A DNA stretch of 64,000 nucleotides from an uncultured Acidobacteriota bacterium (GTDB lineage: Bacteria > Acidobacteriota > Blastocatellia > RBC074), in assembly GCA_963796275.1 (NCBI GenBank), contig CAWCKY010000004.1, positions 32,001-96,000 of the forward strand, in the 5' to 3' direction. A program made the position numbers and the translations under genes. The first letter of the stretch is position 1, and each line of letters opens with the position of its first letter. Below the pieces are notes generated by a model. It made no database searches. It was not told the DNA's origin and was given only the letters and a program-made list of their open reading frames with translations. Positions 40,405 to 51,350 of the stretch are shown in pieces.

Positions 40405-43041
40405 ATGAAAACCCGATCCAGGTTCGTCAACATCGTCGGCTCAATAATTCTTCTGGGCGCTCTTCTCGCGCGTGTTCCTCAAGGAATGGGAGCAGCGACA
40501 GCACAAACCCAGCAGCTTGGGACTTCGGGTGCTCTTACACCCGCTGCGGAACTTAAGGTGGACATCAACAACAGCGGCCGCCCCGTCTTGGAAGGGAACG
40601 AGCCCACCTATACACCGTGGTCCACCAATCAAATCTGGTTCTCCGGCGGCGACACCGCTTCGGCCGGCTTTTCGGACGTCACGGTGACGTTTACCCGGAA
40701 AGGGTCGGTGGGGAACGGGCTTCAGTCAGGTTATTGGAAGCTCGGTGTCGAGAACAGCGCCTACAATGTCAAGCTGACCAGTGATGGCATCAAAGTGAGC
40801 AATGGCGACTCGGGAGCACAGATCGAAATGCGCATTTCCGGGCTCCCGGCGGGCGGTCATAGCCTCCTGGTTTATCACAACGATTGGGACAATCATGCCG
40901 CTGGCGCGGTCGCGCCACTGACGGTATCGGTCAACGGCAACACGGTCATTTCAAGCCTGCCCATGTCGGTGCGGGCCACCAATGCAACCCAGGCCGCGTC
41001 GTCCTATGTGACCTTCACCGTTGTGTCCGGGCAGGACGTCGTGATCTTGTTCCAGTCGAGGAACACGGCTACCTACAACAACGTTTACATCAACGGATTC
41101 GAGATTGACACCCCCTATGCGAACCTGCGGGCGACCAATCCGGTTCCAAACAACGCGGATGAACACGCAAACGCGGACGGTGGATTGCTCAAACTGAGCT
41201 GGGGCGCGGCGCCCTCGGGCGCGGCTTCGCACGATGTGTATTTCGGCACCGACAGCAACGCCGTCGCGACAGCCACGCGCTATTCTCCGGAGTTCAAGGG
41301 CAACATGACTTCGATTGGCTACCCTGTCAGCGGCCTCAACAGCATGCTCACTTATTACTGGCGTGTGGATGAGATCAGTTCCTCCGGCGAGATAACGAAG
41401 GGCCTCGTCTGGTATTTCCGTCCGCGGCATCTGGCTTTTCCCGGAGCGGAAGGGTATGGCCGCTTTGCGCGCGGCGGACGCGGCGGCGTGGTCGTGAAAG
41501 TGACGAATCTCAACGACAGCGGTCCCGGAAGCCTGCGCGATGCGATTTTGGGCAACTACGGTCCGCGCACCGTCATCTTCGATGTATCGGGCCTCATCAC
41601 GTTGTCGAGCGACATTGTCATCGACGGGAACGCACCTCCGATCACCGTCGCGGGGCAGACAGCGCCCGGCAAGGGCATTTGCGTGAAGCGGCATCAGTTT
41701 GCGATGAGCGGCGCGCGCGACGCCATCGTGCGTTTCATGCGCGTGCGGGTAGGAAAGGAAAGCGACGAGACGCAAAACGCCACCGGCATGGCGGGCGTGA
41801 ATCACAGCATCATGGACCACTGCTCGATCAGTTGGGGCATTGATGAGGAGTTGAGCTCGCGCGGCGCGAAGAATATGACCTTCCAGAGGTGTCTCATTTC
41901 CGAGGCGCTGAACATCGCGGGGCACGACAACTACCCGCCGGGCACGGAGCACGGTTATGCCGCGAGCATCGGTGGGGGCATCGGCAGTTTTCATCACAAC
42001 CTGCTCGCGCATTGCGCAGGCCGAAACTGGAGCCTCGCTGGAGCTCTGGACGGCGCGGGCATCGCCGCAGGCCGGCTCGATATCTTCAACAACGTGGTTT
42101 ACAACTGGAGAAACCGCACCACCGACGGCGGCGCGCACGAGGTCAATTTCGTAAACAACTATTACAAGCCCGGGGCGGCTTCAACCCAGTTTGTCGCGCT
42201 CAACGCGCAATACGAGGGTGCCCCCGGAACCCAACAATATTACTTCGACGGAAATGTGATGCCCGGGTATTTCGACTTGAGCAATCAGACCGACGGACGG
42301 GTGGCCTCCGGCGACGTGCCGACGACATACAGCCCATGGGTGGATGCCCCGTTCTTCCCGTCAGACGCAACAATTGATACAGCCACAACCGCCTATAAGA
42401 AAGTATTGTCGGACGTAGGCTGTAACCAGCCGATGATAGACGACCACGATGTTCGGGTGATTGGCGAGACCCTGAACGGCACCTATACTTACAGGGGCAG
42501 TGTCAGCGGGCTTCCGGGTTTGCCGGACACAACCGATGATGTGGGCGGCTGGGAAGATTACGGAAATGGAGTGCGCCCGCCCAATTGGGACACGGACAAT
42601 GACGGCATGCCCAACTGGTGGGAAGTGATCAAGGGTTTCAACACGAACTCGCCGGCCGGCGACTTCTCCGAGAGCAACAGTGATCCGGACGGCGACGGTT
42701 ACACGAACTTGGAGGATTACTTGAACTGGATGGCCCAGCCGCACGCGGACTGCAAAGCGGGATCGCATGTGTACATTGATCTAAACGCCTTGAGCCGCGG
42801 TTACACCAACAGCAGCCCGAGTTACTCGTTCTCCGGCCAGGTCAACGGAACGGTGGCGTTGGTGAGCGGCCGGTATGCGCGGTTCACGCCGAGCACGAGC
42901 GCCAATGCGCTGGGAAGTTTCAATTACACGGTGACCAATGGTAAAGGCGACGACATGACCCGCACCATCGGGATTCTGATCATCGGTTCGAGGGTTGCGA
43001 CTTCACCTAAATACCCGGTGGGCTTCGGGCTGCAGAAATAA
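40405..43041 (+). CDS. Secreted pectate lyase-like (PL1-type) multidomain protein
   Basis: AFPGAEGYG, GGRGG, VTNLNDSGPGSLR, AGQTAPG, DHCSISWGIDE; Ca-binding DxDxDG repeats; C-terminal Ig-like region. Confidence 0.9.
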   Translation: MKTRSRFVNIVGSIILLGALLARVPQGMGAATAQTQQLGTSGALTPAAELKVDINNSGRPVLEGNEPTYTPWSTNQIWFSGGDTASAGFSDVTVTFTRKGSVGNGLQSGYWKLGVENSAYNVKLTSDGIKVSNGDSGAQIEMRISGLPAGGHSLLVYHNDWDNHAAGAVAPLTVSVNGNTVISSLPMSVRATNATQAASSYVTFTVVSGQDVVILFQSRNTATYNNVYINGFEIDTPYANLRATNPVPNNADEHANADGGLLKLSWGAAPSGAASHDVYFGTDSNAVATATRYSPEFKGNMTSIGYPVSGLNSMLTYYWRVDEISSSGEITKGLVWYFRPRHLAFPGAEGYGRFARGGRGGVVVKVTNLNDSGPGSLRDAILGNYGPRTVIFDVSGLITLSSDIVIDGNAPPITVAGQTAPGKGICVKRHQFAMSGARDAIVRFMRVRVGKESDETQNATGMAGVNHSIMDHCSISWGIDEELSSRGAKNMTFQRCLISEALNIAGHDNYPPGTEHGYAASIGGGIGSFHHNLLAHCAGRNWSLAGALDGAGIAAGRLDIFNNVVYNWRNRTTDGGAHEVNFVNNYYKPGAASTQFVALNAQYEGAPGTQQYYFDGNVMPGYFDLSNQTDGRVASGDVPTTYSPWVDAPFFPSDATIDTATTAYKKVLSDVGCNQPMIDDHDVRVIGETLNGTYTYRGSVSGLPGLPDTTDDVGGWEDYGNGVRPPNWDTDNDGMPNWWEVIKGFNTNSPAGDFSESNSDPDGDGYTNLEDYLNWMAQPHADCKAGSHVYIDLNALSRGYTNSSPSYSFSGQVNGTVALVSGRYARFTPSTSANALGSFNYTVTNGKGDDMTRTIGILIIGSRVATSPKYPVGFGLQK

Positions 43042-43102
43042 CGATTACCGAAACAATGTGATCTACAACTGGGAAAGCTGCTATGGAGGTGAAAAGCAAT
43101 CA

Positions 43103-43908
43103 CCCGACGGGAGTCACAGCGTTGCCGTCTCTTCAATTGCTTCTCCCGTCTGAGCAGAGGGCGCGGATTCTCAAGTCTCTGTCCGTCACTGGTCCTGGCC
43201 AGGGTCTTAATCCCTACGTCAATCCCCACCTCGGCTTTCACCTTCTTCAGAGGCTTGAGGTCGGTTTCGACCAGGACGCTGACAAAGTATCGCTCACTCT
43301 TATCCTTGCTGACTGTCAGATTGACCAGCTTTGCATCATCAGGAAGCGGGCGACTCCAGCAGATATCCAAAGGCTCGGATTGCTTGGCGAGCGTGAACTG
43401 GCTGTCTCTGTATGTGAAAGCGTTGGTGGCGTAACGGACAGACTGTGATCCGTGTTTCGATTTGAACTTGGGATAGTCCGCTCGCTTCGCGAAGAAGTTT
43501 GTGAACGCCGCATCGAGATTACGCAGCGACTGTTGGAGGACTACGGAACTAACTTCGGAGAGAAAGGTTTTCTCAGGCTGCTTTTTCCACTCTGTCAGTT
43601 TCGCGGCAGTTAGGTGATAGCCGACAGACTGTTTCTCCTGCTGCCAAGCTGTAGTTCGAAACTCCAATGCCTGATTGTAAATGTAGCGAGCGCAACCGAA
43701 GGTCTTAGCGAGTTGGGCCGCCTGCTGGTCAGTGGGAAAGAATCTGTATTTGAATGCTTTCTGCACTATCACAAAAATATTTTATCTTACATAGATAGCT
43801 GTTGTAAGACCCGTTAATCGTGGGCGAAGCGCCCACGATGCGAAATTCATCTCCATCCAAGCTCGCCAAGATGCTCGCTATGGATGGAGTATTCTTTCGC
43901 CGATTTTG
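43103..43908 (-). mobile_element. tnpB: Truncated IS200/IS605 element: left-end hairpin + 3'-truncated tnpB (43103-43772)
   Basis: KAFKYRFFPT..KTFGCARYIYN, YPKFKSK, RuvC-I VGIDVGI; RuvC-II/III and Zn finger absent; hairpin 43840-43900 follows TTTAT on the minus strand. Confidence 0.88.
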
Positions 43909-44076
43909 ATAAACGCGCAAGCCTTCGCCGGACACGCAAACAATCTGGATTTCGCAGATGCGGCGGATGTCGCGGGTAATCCGTGTTGTTCCGTTGCATC
44001 TGTGAAAATCCGCAGCGAACTCACTGTCCCAATGTCGCGTGTTCTGATACAAAACCTGTCAAGCGTAATGGCTTCC

Positions 44077-45846
44077 TCACAGACCGAAGCAAAGGATGTT
44101 CGGGCCAGCAGCTACGACAATGTATTGCTTGCCGCCAGACGCGAAGGTCATGGGAGAAGCTTTCATTCGTACGTTGGTTGAGAAGCGCCACAGAGTTTTG
44201 CCCGTGCGTTGATCCGCGGCTGTGAAACCGCCGTTGGGTTGGCCGTAGAAAAGCAGCCCGCCCGCCGTGGCTAGAACCCCCGTCCAGGTTTTGGCGCGTG
44301 CTGGCCCGGGTTGCGGGACTTCCCAGACGATATCGCCCGTCTCGATGTTGAGGGCGCGCAGGAAGCGCTGCCCAGTCTGATCGGGATAGCCAGTCGGCTT
44401 GCCAACGCATTCTTCCAGCGCCATGACATAGTACAACCCCGTTTCAGGAGAATACGCGGTGGCATCCCAATTGGCGGCGTCGCTGGGACAGCCGTGGGCA
44501 TCGGTGACGATCGGGCGTCCATCGGGGCCGATGCCTGACGCCCAGTCGACCCGGCGCAGGAATGGTTTGGCTAGCAGCAGGTTTCCATTGGTGCGGTCGA
44601 GCACATAGAAGAAGCCGTTGCGGTCGGCGTGCAACAATAGCTTAGAGGGCTTGCCTTTGTACGTGACATCGACCAGGACGTTGGGCTCGGTGGCATCACG
44701 ATCCTTCACATCGTGCGGCGTGAATTGATAGTGCCATTTGAGATCCCCGGTCTTCGCGTCGAGTGCCAGTACACAGTTGGTGTACAGGTTATCCCCGGGT
44801 CGGTCGCGATCATCTGAATCGGGCCACGGATTGCCCGTGGCCCAGTATAGCGTATCGGTGGACGGGTCGTACGAGCCGGTCAGCCAGGTCGAGCCGCCTC
44901 CGGTGATGGGCTCCTTGCCTTGCCAGGTTTCGATGCCCGGCTCGCCTCGGCGGGGCACCGTCCATCGTCGCCAGACGAGCGCGCCAGACTCAGGCTTGAA
45001 CGCTGCGATAAATCCGCGAATCCCATGATCCGCGCCGGCGACGCCGACGATTACGGTATCGTTGACGACGAGGGGAGCCATGGTGCCACCGTAATAGTGC
45101 CGCTCGTTCGAGGCGGGTGCCATCGGGACTTCCCAGAGCAGGTTTCCGCTGGCGCGATCTAGCGCCAGCAAGTGCGCGTTGTCGGTCACGAAAAAGATAT
45201 TGTCCCGCAGAAGGGCGACGCCCCGGTTTGTGCCTAGCCTTGCATCACCCACCATCCCTGGACTGGGCGGACGCGAGTAGTGCCACAGCGGCGCGCCGGT
45301 GAGCGCATCCAACGCGTAGACCTGGTTTGGGCCCGTGACGTAGACCACGCCATCCGCGGCCAGCGGCGTCACTTCCAGGCCGAAATAAGAGATCGGGAAC
45401 AACCACTTCAACTTCAGCGAAGCCACGTTCCCCCGGCTGATCTGCTTGAGCAGGCTGTAGCGATTTGCCGAGTCGTTGCCGTTATACGTACGCCAGTCGC
45501 CCGGTTGCGGCGGGCCCCAGACAGGTTTCCGATGGGAATCCGCTACGATCGGGGGGCCCAAGATCGTGTCGGCATTGATACGGCGGATGTATCGCACAAG
45601 CAGTGCCAGTTCGTCGGCGGAGAGATCAGCGAAGGAAGGCATACCCGCGCCGACATTGCCCCGCTCCAGATACGCACGCAGCTGCTCGGCAGACTGCCGG
45701 GCGACGCGCGGATTGCCTGCCAGGCCGGGCCCCTTGGCCGTCCCGCGCGCCTCTTCGCCATGACAGGCCGCGCAGTGCTTGACGAACGCCTGCGGGGGAG
45801 ACAATTGCGGTGGGGAAAACAAAAGAAAAAGAGTCAGGATAATCAT
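44077..45846 (-). CDS. Cytochrome c - PQQ-dependent dehydrogenase fusion
   Basis: CAACH heme motif; beta-propeller motifs WRTYNG..NRYS, YWATGNP, WHYQFTPHD, RNGFFYVLDR. Confidence 0.92.
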   Translation of the reverse strand: MIILTLFLLFSPPQLSPPQAFVKHCAACHGEEARGTAKGPGLAGNPRVARQSAEQLRAYLERGNVGAGMPSFADLSADELALLVRYIRRINADTILGPPIVADSHRKPVWGPPQPGDWRTYNGNDSANRYSLLKQISRGNVASLKLKWLFPISYFGLEVTPLAADGVVYVTGPNQVYALDALTGAPLWHYSRPPSPGMVGDARLGTNRGVALLRDNIFFVTDNAHLLALDRASGNLLWEVPMAPASNERHYYGGTMAPLVVNDTVIVGVAGADHGIRGFIAAFKPESGALVWRRWTVPRRGEPGIETWQGKEPITGGGSTWLTGSYDPSTDTLYWATGNPWPDSDDRDRPGDNLYTNCVLALDAKTGDLKWHYQFTPHDVKDRDATEPNVLVDVTYKGKPSKLLLHADRNGFFYVLDRTNGNLLLAKPFLRRVDWASGIGPDGRPIVTDAHGCPSDAANWDATAYSPETGLYYVMALEECVGKPTGYPDQTGQRFLRALNIETGDIVWEVPQPGPARAKTWTGVLATAGGLLFYGQPNGGFTAADQRTGKTLWRFSTNVRMKASPMTFASGGKQYIVVAAGPNILCFGL

Positions 45847-46291
45847 CGATTCGCTCCTACTGCGATTCGAGCGCGCCCATCGGCTAAGGCCGGTCGCACG
45901 CTGAAAAAGACGATTTTTTCATCTGATTGCTGTTTCACGATTCAGGTCCGGCACCGCCCACTAGCGGGACTTTACGAGTTATTCGAGTTCGACCCTTGCT
46001 AATCTCAGTTTGTTTCATTGTCACTCTTTTATTCTCATACCACAAAATTCGTTAGCATAAGGAAAGCCGCAATCCCCTTGTCCGCGATGACGACTAGGCG
46101 TACGATCTCGGCGGATTTGAAAACGATTCTGGGTGTGTTATGCAACTCTTAGCCATTGAACGCAAGCTCGATTTCCGAAAACTGGTGTAGCCGGCACACT
46201 CATTCTCAGCATATCTCAGTTCATCCTCGCGAGTCTTCCGTAAGTACGAAAGTCGTGGGAAATGACAGCTTCGGTAAAGGACCATCAAATT

Positions 46292-48046
46292 ATGCCTGAA
46301 ATGTATACTACCGACAGAATTCCGCTGGCCAATGATTGGAATCAACGCCGCAGCGACGGCTATGACGTGGTCGTGATCGGTTCCGGCTACGGGGCATCAG
46401 TGACCGCGGCACGATTGGCGACTGCCCAATGGCCCGCCAACGCAAAACCGACGATCTGCATCCTCGAAAGAGGAAAAGAGTGGCTGCCCGGCCAATTTCC
46501 TGACACTATCAATCGCGGGGTTCAAGAAACGCGCAGCCCGTTGAATCCTCTCGGCCTCTACGATAATACTTTCAGCCCCGACATCGGCGTGCTCGCGGGA
46601 TCAGGACTCGGCGGCACATCTCTGGTTAATGCCAACGTAGCCATCCGCCCCGATAACGAAGTCTTCGAGCGTGCGGAGTGGCCTCAAGCTATCCGCACGC
46701 TGAGCCAAAACCATCAACTCACGACATACTATGATCGCGCGCGGGCGACGCTCTTCGCCTCACAGCATCCGAACGCCATGCAGCTCAACAAAGTCAAGGC
46801 TCTCAAGAAAGGCGCCGAGGGAGTATCCGGAGCTGTTTTTGAAATCCACGATATCGCAGTCAATTTCAGCTTCGAGGGAGTCAACCAATGGGGAGTTCAG
46901 CAACGCAAGTGCATCAACTGCGGCGACTGCACCACCGGCTGCAATGTGGGGGCCAAGAACACACTCGACACCAACTACCTGGCAATTGCCAAGCATGGCG
47001 GCACCGAGATATTCACACAGGTTGAATGCAAGCATCTGACCAGGGATCCGGCGGGAGGCTATTTGATCCATTACCTGAGGCGGGAGAGTCCACTCGGAGC
47101 TGCTGAACAGGGAACGCTCAAAGCAAAACGACTGGTGATCGTCGGGGCCGGGGCGCTCGGTTCCACCGCCCTCATGCTGCGCTCGCGCCGAGCCGGACTC
47201 AGCCTGCCCGATGGCGTGGGCACACACTTCGGCGGCAATGGCGACTTCTTCGGAGTGGCCTACAATACAGACCAGCGAACCGACGATCTTGGATGGGGAG
47301 CTTACCCGGACAGTAACCGCGCGAAGCGTATACAACCCGGTCCCGGACAGTTGCTTCATCCCGGACCGACCATCGTCTCCCGGGTCAGATACAATACAAA
47401 TCAGACTTTACTGAACAGGTTCAAAGCTGAAGACCTTTCGATCCCGTTGATGTACGTGGACACCGTTCGCCTGGCGCTCGCCTTCGTCGCCGGACAAGAC
47501 ACCGACCCCAACGATTTCTTCGATAAACTGCGTGAGGCGGAGCGCCGGTCGAACGATTTTTTCCGCGATCCTCAATTGCAGAAAGGCGCGCTCAATCACA
47601 CGCTCGCCTATCTGGTCAATGGACATGATAATCAGGGCGGAGTGATCGAGCTGGATCCTATTACCAACGAAGCGAGAGTGAGATGGCCCGGCGCAGGTCA
47701 GCAGGCAATCTTTCAACAAATGAACCAGCGGCTTCTACAGCACACCACGGTGTTGGGCGGGACTTACATAGAGAACCCGCTGTGGGGCTTTATCCCCTTC
47801 CAGACACTGGTGACGGCGCATCCACTAGGCGGTTGCGTGGCGAGCGATAGCCATGCGACAGGAACAGTCAACCACTTCGGACAGGTTTACGACGAACAGG
47901 GCAACCTGCACGATGGCCTCTATATCACCGACGCAGCGACCCTTCCGACCTCACTCGGAGTCAATCCGTTTCTGACGATTTCGGCGCTCGCCGAATGGCG
48001 GGCGGAGCATCTGATCACAGGTCTGGGAGGGGTGCCGAGGAATTAG
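46292..48046 (+). CDS. GMC-family flavoprotein oxidoreductase (cholesterol oxidase-like)
   Basis: VIGSGYG, GLGGTSLVNAN, CINCGDCTTGC, TAHPLGG, GVNPFLTISALAE; start uncertain (46262/46292/46301). Confidence 0.9.
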   Translation: MPEMYTTDRIPLANDWNQRRSDGYDVVVIGSGYGASVTAARLATAQWPANAKPTICILERGKEWLPGQFPDTINRGVQETRSPLNPLGLYDNTFSPDIGVLAGSGLGGTSLVNANVAIRPDNEVFERAEWPQAIRTLSQNHQLTTYYDRARATLFASQHPNAMQLNKVKALKKGAEGVSGAVFEIHDIAVNFSFEGVNQWGVQQRKCINCGDCTTGCNVGAKNTLDTNYLAIAKHGGTEIFTQVECKHLTRDPAGGYLIHYLRRESPLGAAEQGTLKAKRLVIVGAGALGSTALMLRSRRAGLSLPDGVGTHFGGNGDFFGVAYNTDQRTDDLGWGAYPDSNRAKRIQPGPGQLLHPGPTIVSRVRYNTNQTLLNRFKAEDLSIPLMYVDTVRLALAFVAGQDTDPNDFFDKLREAERRSNDFFRDPQLQKGALNHTLAYLVNGHDNQGGVIELDPITNEARVRWPGAGQQAIFQQMNQRLLQHTTVLGGTYIENPLWGFIPFQTLVTAHPLGGCVASDSHATGTVNHFGQVYDEQGNLHDGLYITDAATLPTSLGVNPFLTISALAEWRAEHLITGLGGVPRN

Positions 48047-48059
48047 ATCGCATCATCTA

Positions 48060-48317
48060 CAATGAGATTTGGAGGGAGGGCTGGCATCACATAGGGGCCT
48101 TTGGTCACTGGCACATCGCCTCGACCGATATCCACGAGGCAAGCTTTCCTCTTCTCAACTCGGTCATCTCTCGGGGGTTCTTCAGTCATGCCGTCGCCTT
48201 TCACGGGTTCGAAGACGACGATATACAGTATGACATTCTCGTCGGCGGTCTCGCATGCGAGGCCTTGAAGGAGAAGATCAAGGCAGCCATTGAAGGCGTA
48301 CTCGGCTCAGATTTCAT
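48060..48317 (+). pseudogene. Poly-gamma-glutamate hydrolase-like (DUF867) fragment, cut by an IS605 insertion
   Basis: WHIASTDIHEASFPLL..AVAFHGF..ILVGG; ends exactly at the IS left end. Confidence 0.55.
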
Positions 48318-48680
48318 CTAAACCTCAAAAGAATACTCCATCCATAGCGAGCGTCTGGGCGAGCTTGGATGGGGAGGAATCTTGAGACCGCGCGAAATTA
48401 GCACGTTAATCTCATCAAGTATAGAAAGAAGTGTGGGTATCATTCGTTCCGTGAAATTGACGATAGGATTGAAACTGAATCCGACGAAAGAGCAAGCTGC
48501 CGCATTGAAAGAGACGCTTGAGCGAGCCAATGCAGCAGCTAGTGAGTGCTCGCGCATAGCGTGGGAGCATAAGACCCGGCCAATTTCACATCCATAAACT
48601 CGCTTACGCTGCTCTGCGTGAACAATTCGATATTTCCGCTCAGGTTGCCGTTCGAGTAATCGCTAAAGTGGCGTGCGCCC
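48318..48680 (+). mobile_element. tnpB: Second IS200/IS605 relic: left end + frameshifted tnpB 5' fragment (from GTG 48451)
   Basis: MKLTIGLKLNPTKEQAAALKETLERANAA.. then HKLAYAALREQFDISAQVAVRVIAKVA; hairpin nearly identical to 43840-43900. Confidence 0.8.
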
Positions 48681-49245
48681 ATTTTACGAGACAGCCACTG
48701 TTGAAGAGTGGGTGCGAGAATATACGAAGTGGGAGGAGAGCCACGGCCCCAAGACGCCAGGGCTTACAAGAGAGGATGTAAGCAGAGAGAGGATGTACGA
48801 AGACTAAACCGTAATGCTCGTCCTCCTTGATGCTAACATCCTGCTTTATAGCGCCGATCCTGCATCCCCATTCTATCCAGATAGCCTGAGAGCAACGAAC
48901 GAATTACGGCAGAGAGGCGACACGCCTTGTATCGTTCCGCAAAGCCTCTACGAGTTTTGGGTTGTCGCCACGCGCCCGCCGGCGAACAGAGGGTTAGGTC
49001 TGACGCCAGCTCAAGCGCTCGCTGAACTCACCTCTATCAAACGCTTCTTTCCCTTCCTCCCCGACACGCCGGTGATTTATCCGGAATGGGAGAGACTCAT
49101 TGTTCAGCATTCAGTCTTAGGAAAGAATGACGATGCGCGGTATGTGGCGGCAATGAACACATGGCATCACTCACCTTTTGATCGATAATAAAGACGACTT
49201 CAAACGGTTCACGTACATCACCACCCTTTCTACCCCCGATGTGTA
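48681..49245 (+). pseudogene. Decayed type II TA pair: antitoxin C-terminal fragment (to about 48807) + frameshifted PIN/VapC toxin (from 48814)
   Basis: VLLDANILL, QSLYEFWVVATRP..NRGLG, DARYVAAM; upstream PFYETATVEEW..SRERMYED*. Confidence 0.75.
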
Positions 49246-49289
49246 ATCTTCGACAATTCCCTGCCATGCTCCAGGCCCGCCACATCAGG

Positions 49290-49570
49290 GGTTCATCACT
49301 TAAACCAGCCATGACAGCCATCAAACGACAGACACAGAAGTTCAGAGAACTCGCCAGGAGACACCAGCACCAGGATCAAGCAACTTTGATCAGGGTTCTG
49401 AACCCAGTGATTACTGGCTGGTCGCGGTACTTCTCAACTGTTATCAGCAAAAACATCTTTAGCCGGATGGATTACCTTCTCTGGACCCGACTCATGGTCT
49501 GGGCTAAAGCCGTCATCCGCATAAGCCGGTCGACTGGATCGTTCACAAATACTGGAGATTTGACTCCGGG
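49290..49570 (+). pseudogene. Group II intron maturase (domain X) fragment
   Basis: LIRVLNPVITGWSRYFSTVISKNIFSRMD..WAK, then RHPHKPVDWIVHKYW in a shifted frame; no RT core. Confidence 0.8.
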
Positions 49571-50533
49571 AGCCGCTGGCAGTTTCAGACTTCTGAAGCC
49601 GAGCGGGGGAGCGATCCCCTCGCTTAGGTAACAATACGCACTATACTGCCGCATAAGTATCATCTCGCCCCATGATATAGCTTGTAACCATTCCAAAAGT
49701 TATCCATTACATAACATACATACATAAGGCTTGTTATCGGACGCGGACAAGGTGCTTTCCTTCCTCTCAATTCAATGGATCGGCTGCCCCTATTACTCTG
49801 ATCTCGCACTGTGGGTTATCAATCTTGCGCTCGGGCGCTGTGCCGTATTTTGCTAGTAGAATCAGGAAGGTACAGGTTAGCAGCTCTCAACACAGCTACA
49901 AATTTTCCGCCAGGCTTTTGAAAATTTATATTGACGCCTAGGCCAGTATTGTGGTACCTGATCCTTGCTCAGTGAATACTCACTTAAACACACTTTGAGC
50001 AATACGATCTGTCGTCGAGCCGGATATTCTAGATTGAACGCTATATCCACTGCTGGGTATACCATAAATTGCAAGATGTTCAACTAATACAATTCTAGAT
50101 CGCCCCGACTCACCTTTTGTCTTCACATTAAATTTGTTAGTTAAACGATAACTTTCTCACAACAGGAGCCTCCTCATGATCCGTTTACTCCCCCAAACGG
50201 CGTCTACCCTGGTGCGCCGGATTTGCTTTGTCCTCTATTTTAGCCTACTCCTTTTTCACTATTCAGGTCGTTTTCGGAGCTGTTAAATGCCTTTGTAAGC
50301 GTCTGTTATGATGGTTTAGCAACAAGCTACGGTATTGCTCAAAGCAACCCAAGGGTCACTGCCACACGATGATCCAGCTAGAAAGCATAGCGCGGACTGC
50401 TTACGCCCCCATGACTTACCTTTCTTGCCAATTGTTTTTATCGGCCAGTATAGCCGGTGTGCCATTTGGCAATATTTACAGGGCTTGGATCCAATTCGAG
50501 TTGAAACAGAAGAAATCCTCGTGTAACGATCAT

Positions 50534-51350
50534 ATGAATAAACATAAAACTATCTTGCAACAATTTTCCTATAAGGGGGCTTACCTCGTTCTCACCACTT
50601 ATTTACTTATACAGATCATAACAGCTATTGGGTTTTCTCAGGATGGCGCATCGAAGAGTGGGTTGACGTATAGATCCAATATTCCTGAGCTAGACACCAG
50701 AGCTAATATCGAAATCGATCCCACTACGCTAGGATTAAATATTATCATTCCACTAGTCAACTTGCCCGGAAGGGGCATCAATATGCCCATCAATATGCGC
50801 TACTCCTCGAAGGTCTGGAAAATCCGTCATAGTTTCCACTGGCCAGATCCACAGGATCCAAATCAAATCCTGCTTCATGCCGATTATGCGGGTGGATCCA
50901 CCGCTGGTTGGATTACCACCATCCGCACACCTAAATTTAGTCAAGGAGGCGGCGACTCTGAGCCATATATTGTCAGGTTTGAACATACCCCCCCCAATCC
51001 ACCAACATATCGAGACACTGGTTTTCCAGATGATGGCAAGCCCTGGGATAATAGTTTACCACCTCACTCTTCTGAGACCACATTGCCACTTCAATATGTA
51101 AAAAACAATATGCTAATTCAGATGCCGGATCAATCTGTGCACGAACTGCGTGTTAGCGATCAATTGCACAATCAACTTTCGAATACTTACCGTGGCCCTG
51201 CCTACGCAGTGGATAGCTCCAGAATGAAATTTGACATTGATACACAAATTCTCTATCTGGCAGATGGGTCCCGCTATGATGTGTTTGTCCCCCCCGACGC
51301 AACAGTCAGATATATTGATCGCAATGGCAATACACTTACATATTCAAATT
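50534..51350 (+). pseudogene. RHS protein N-terminal fragment
   Basis: IDPTTLGLNIIIPLVNLPGRGINMPINMRYSSKVW; DRNGNTLTY; joined out of frame to a distal RHS core segment. Confidence 0.75.

Noticed and set aside
38681-42138. Long minus-strand ORFs (368 and 395 aa)
   Set aside because: Antisense to well-supported plus-strand genes; no motifs.
42924-43102. TnpB C-terminus overlapping the pectate lyase, as an active nuclease
   Set aside because: Read-through after truncation; RuvC-II/III, Zn finger and the right end/omegaRNA are missing.
43915-44020. Imperfect GC-rich inverted repeats after the PQQ gene
   Set aside because: Single degenerate REP-like or terminator structure; insufficient support for an ncRNA.
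49239-49631. RT-based system (retron, DGR or intact intron)
   Set aside because: Only a frameshifted maturase fragment; no YADD core or recognisable intron domain V.
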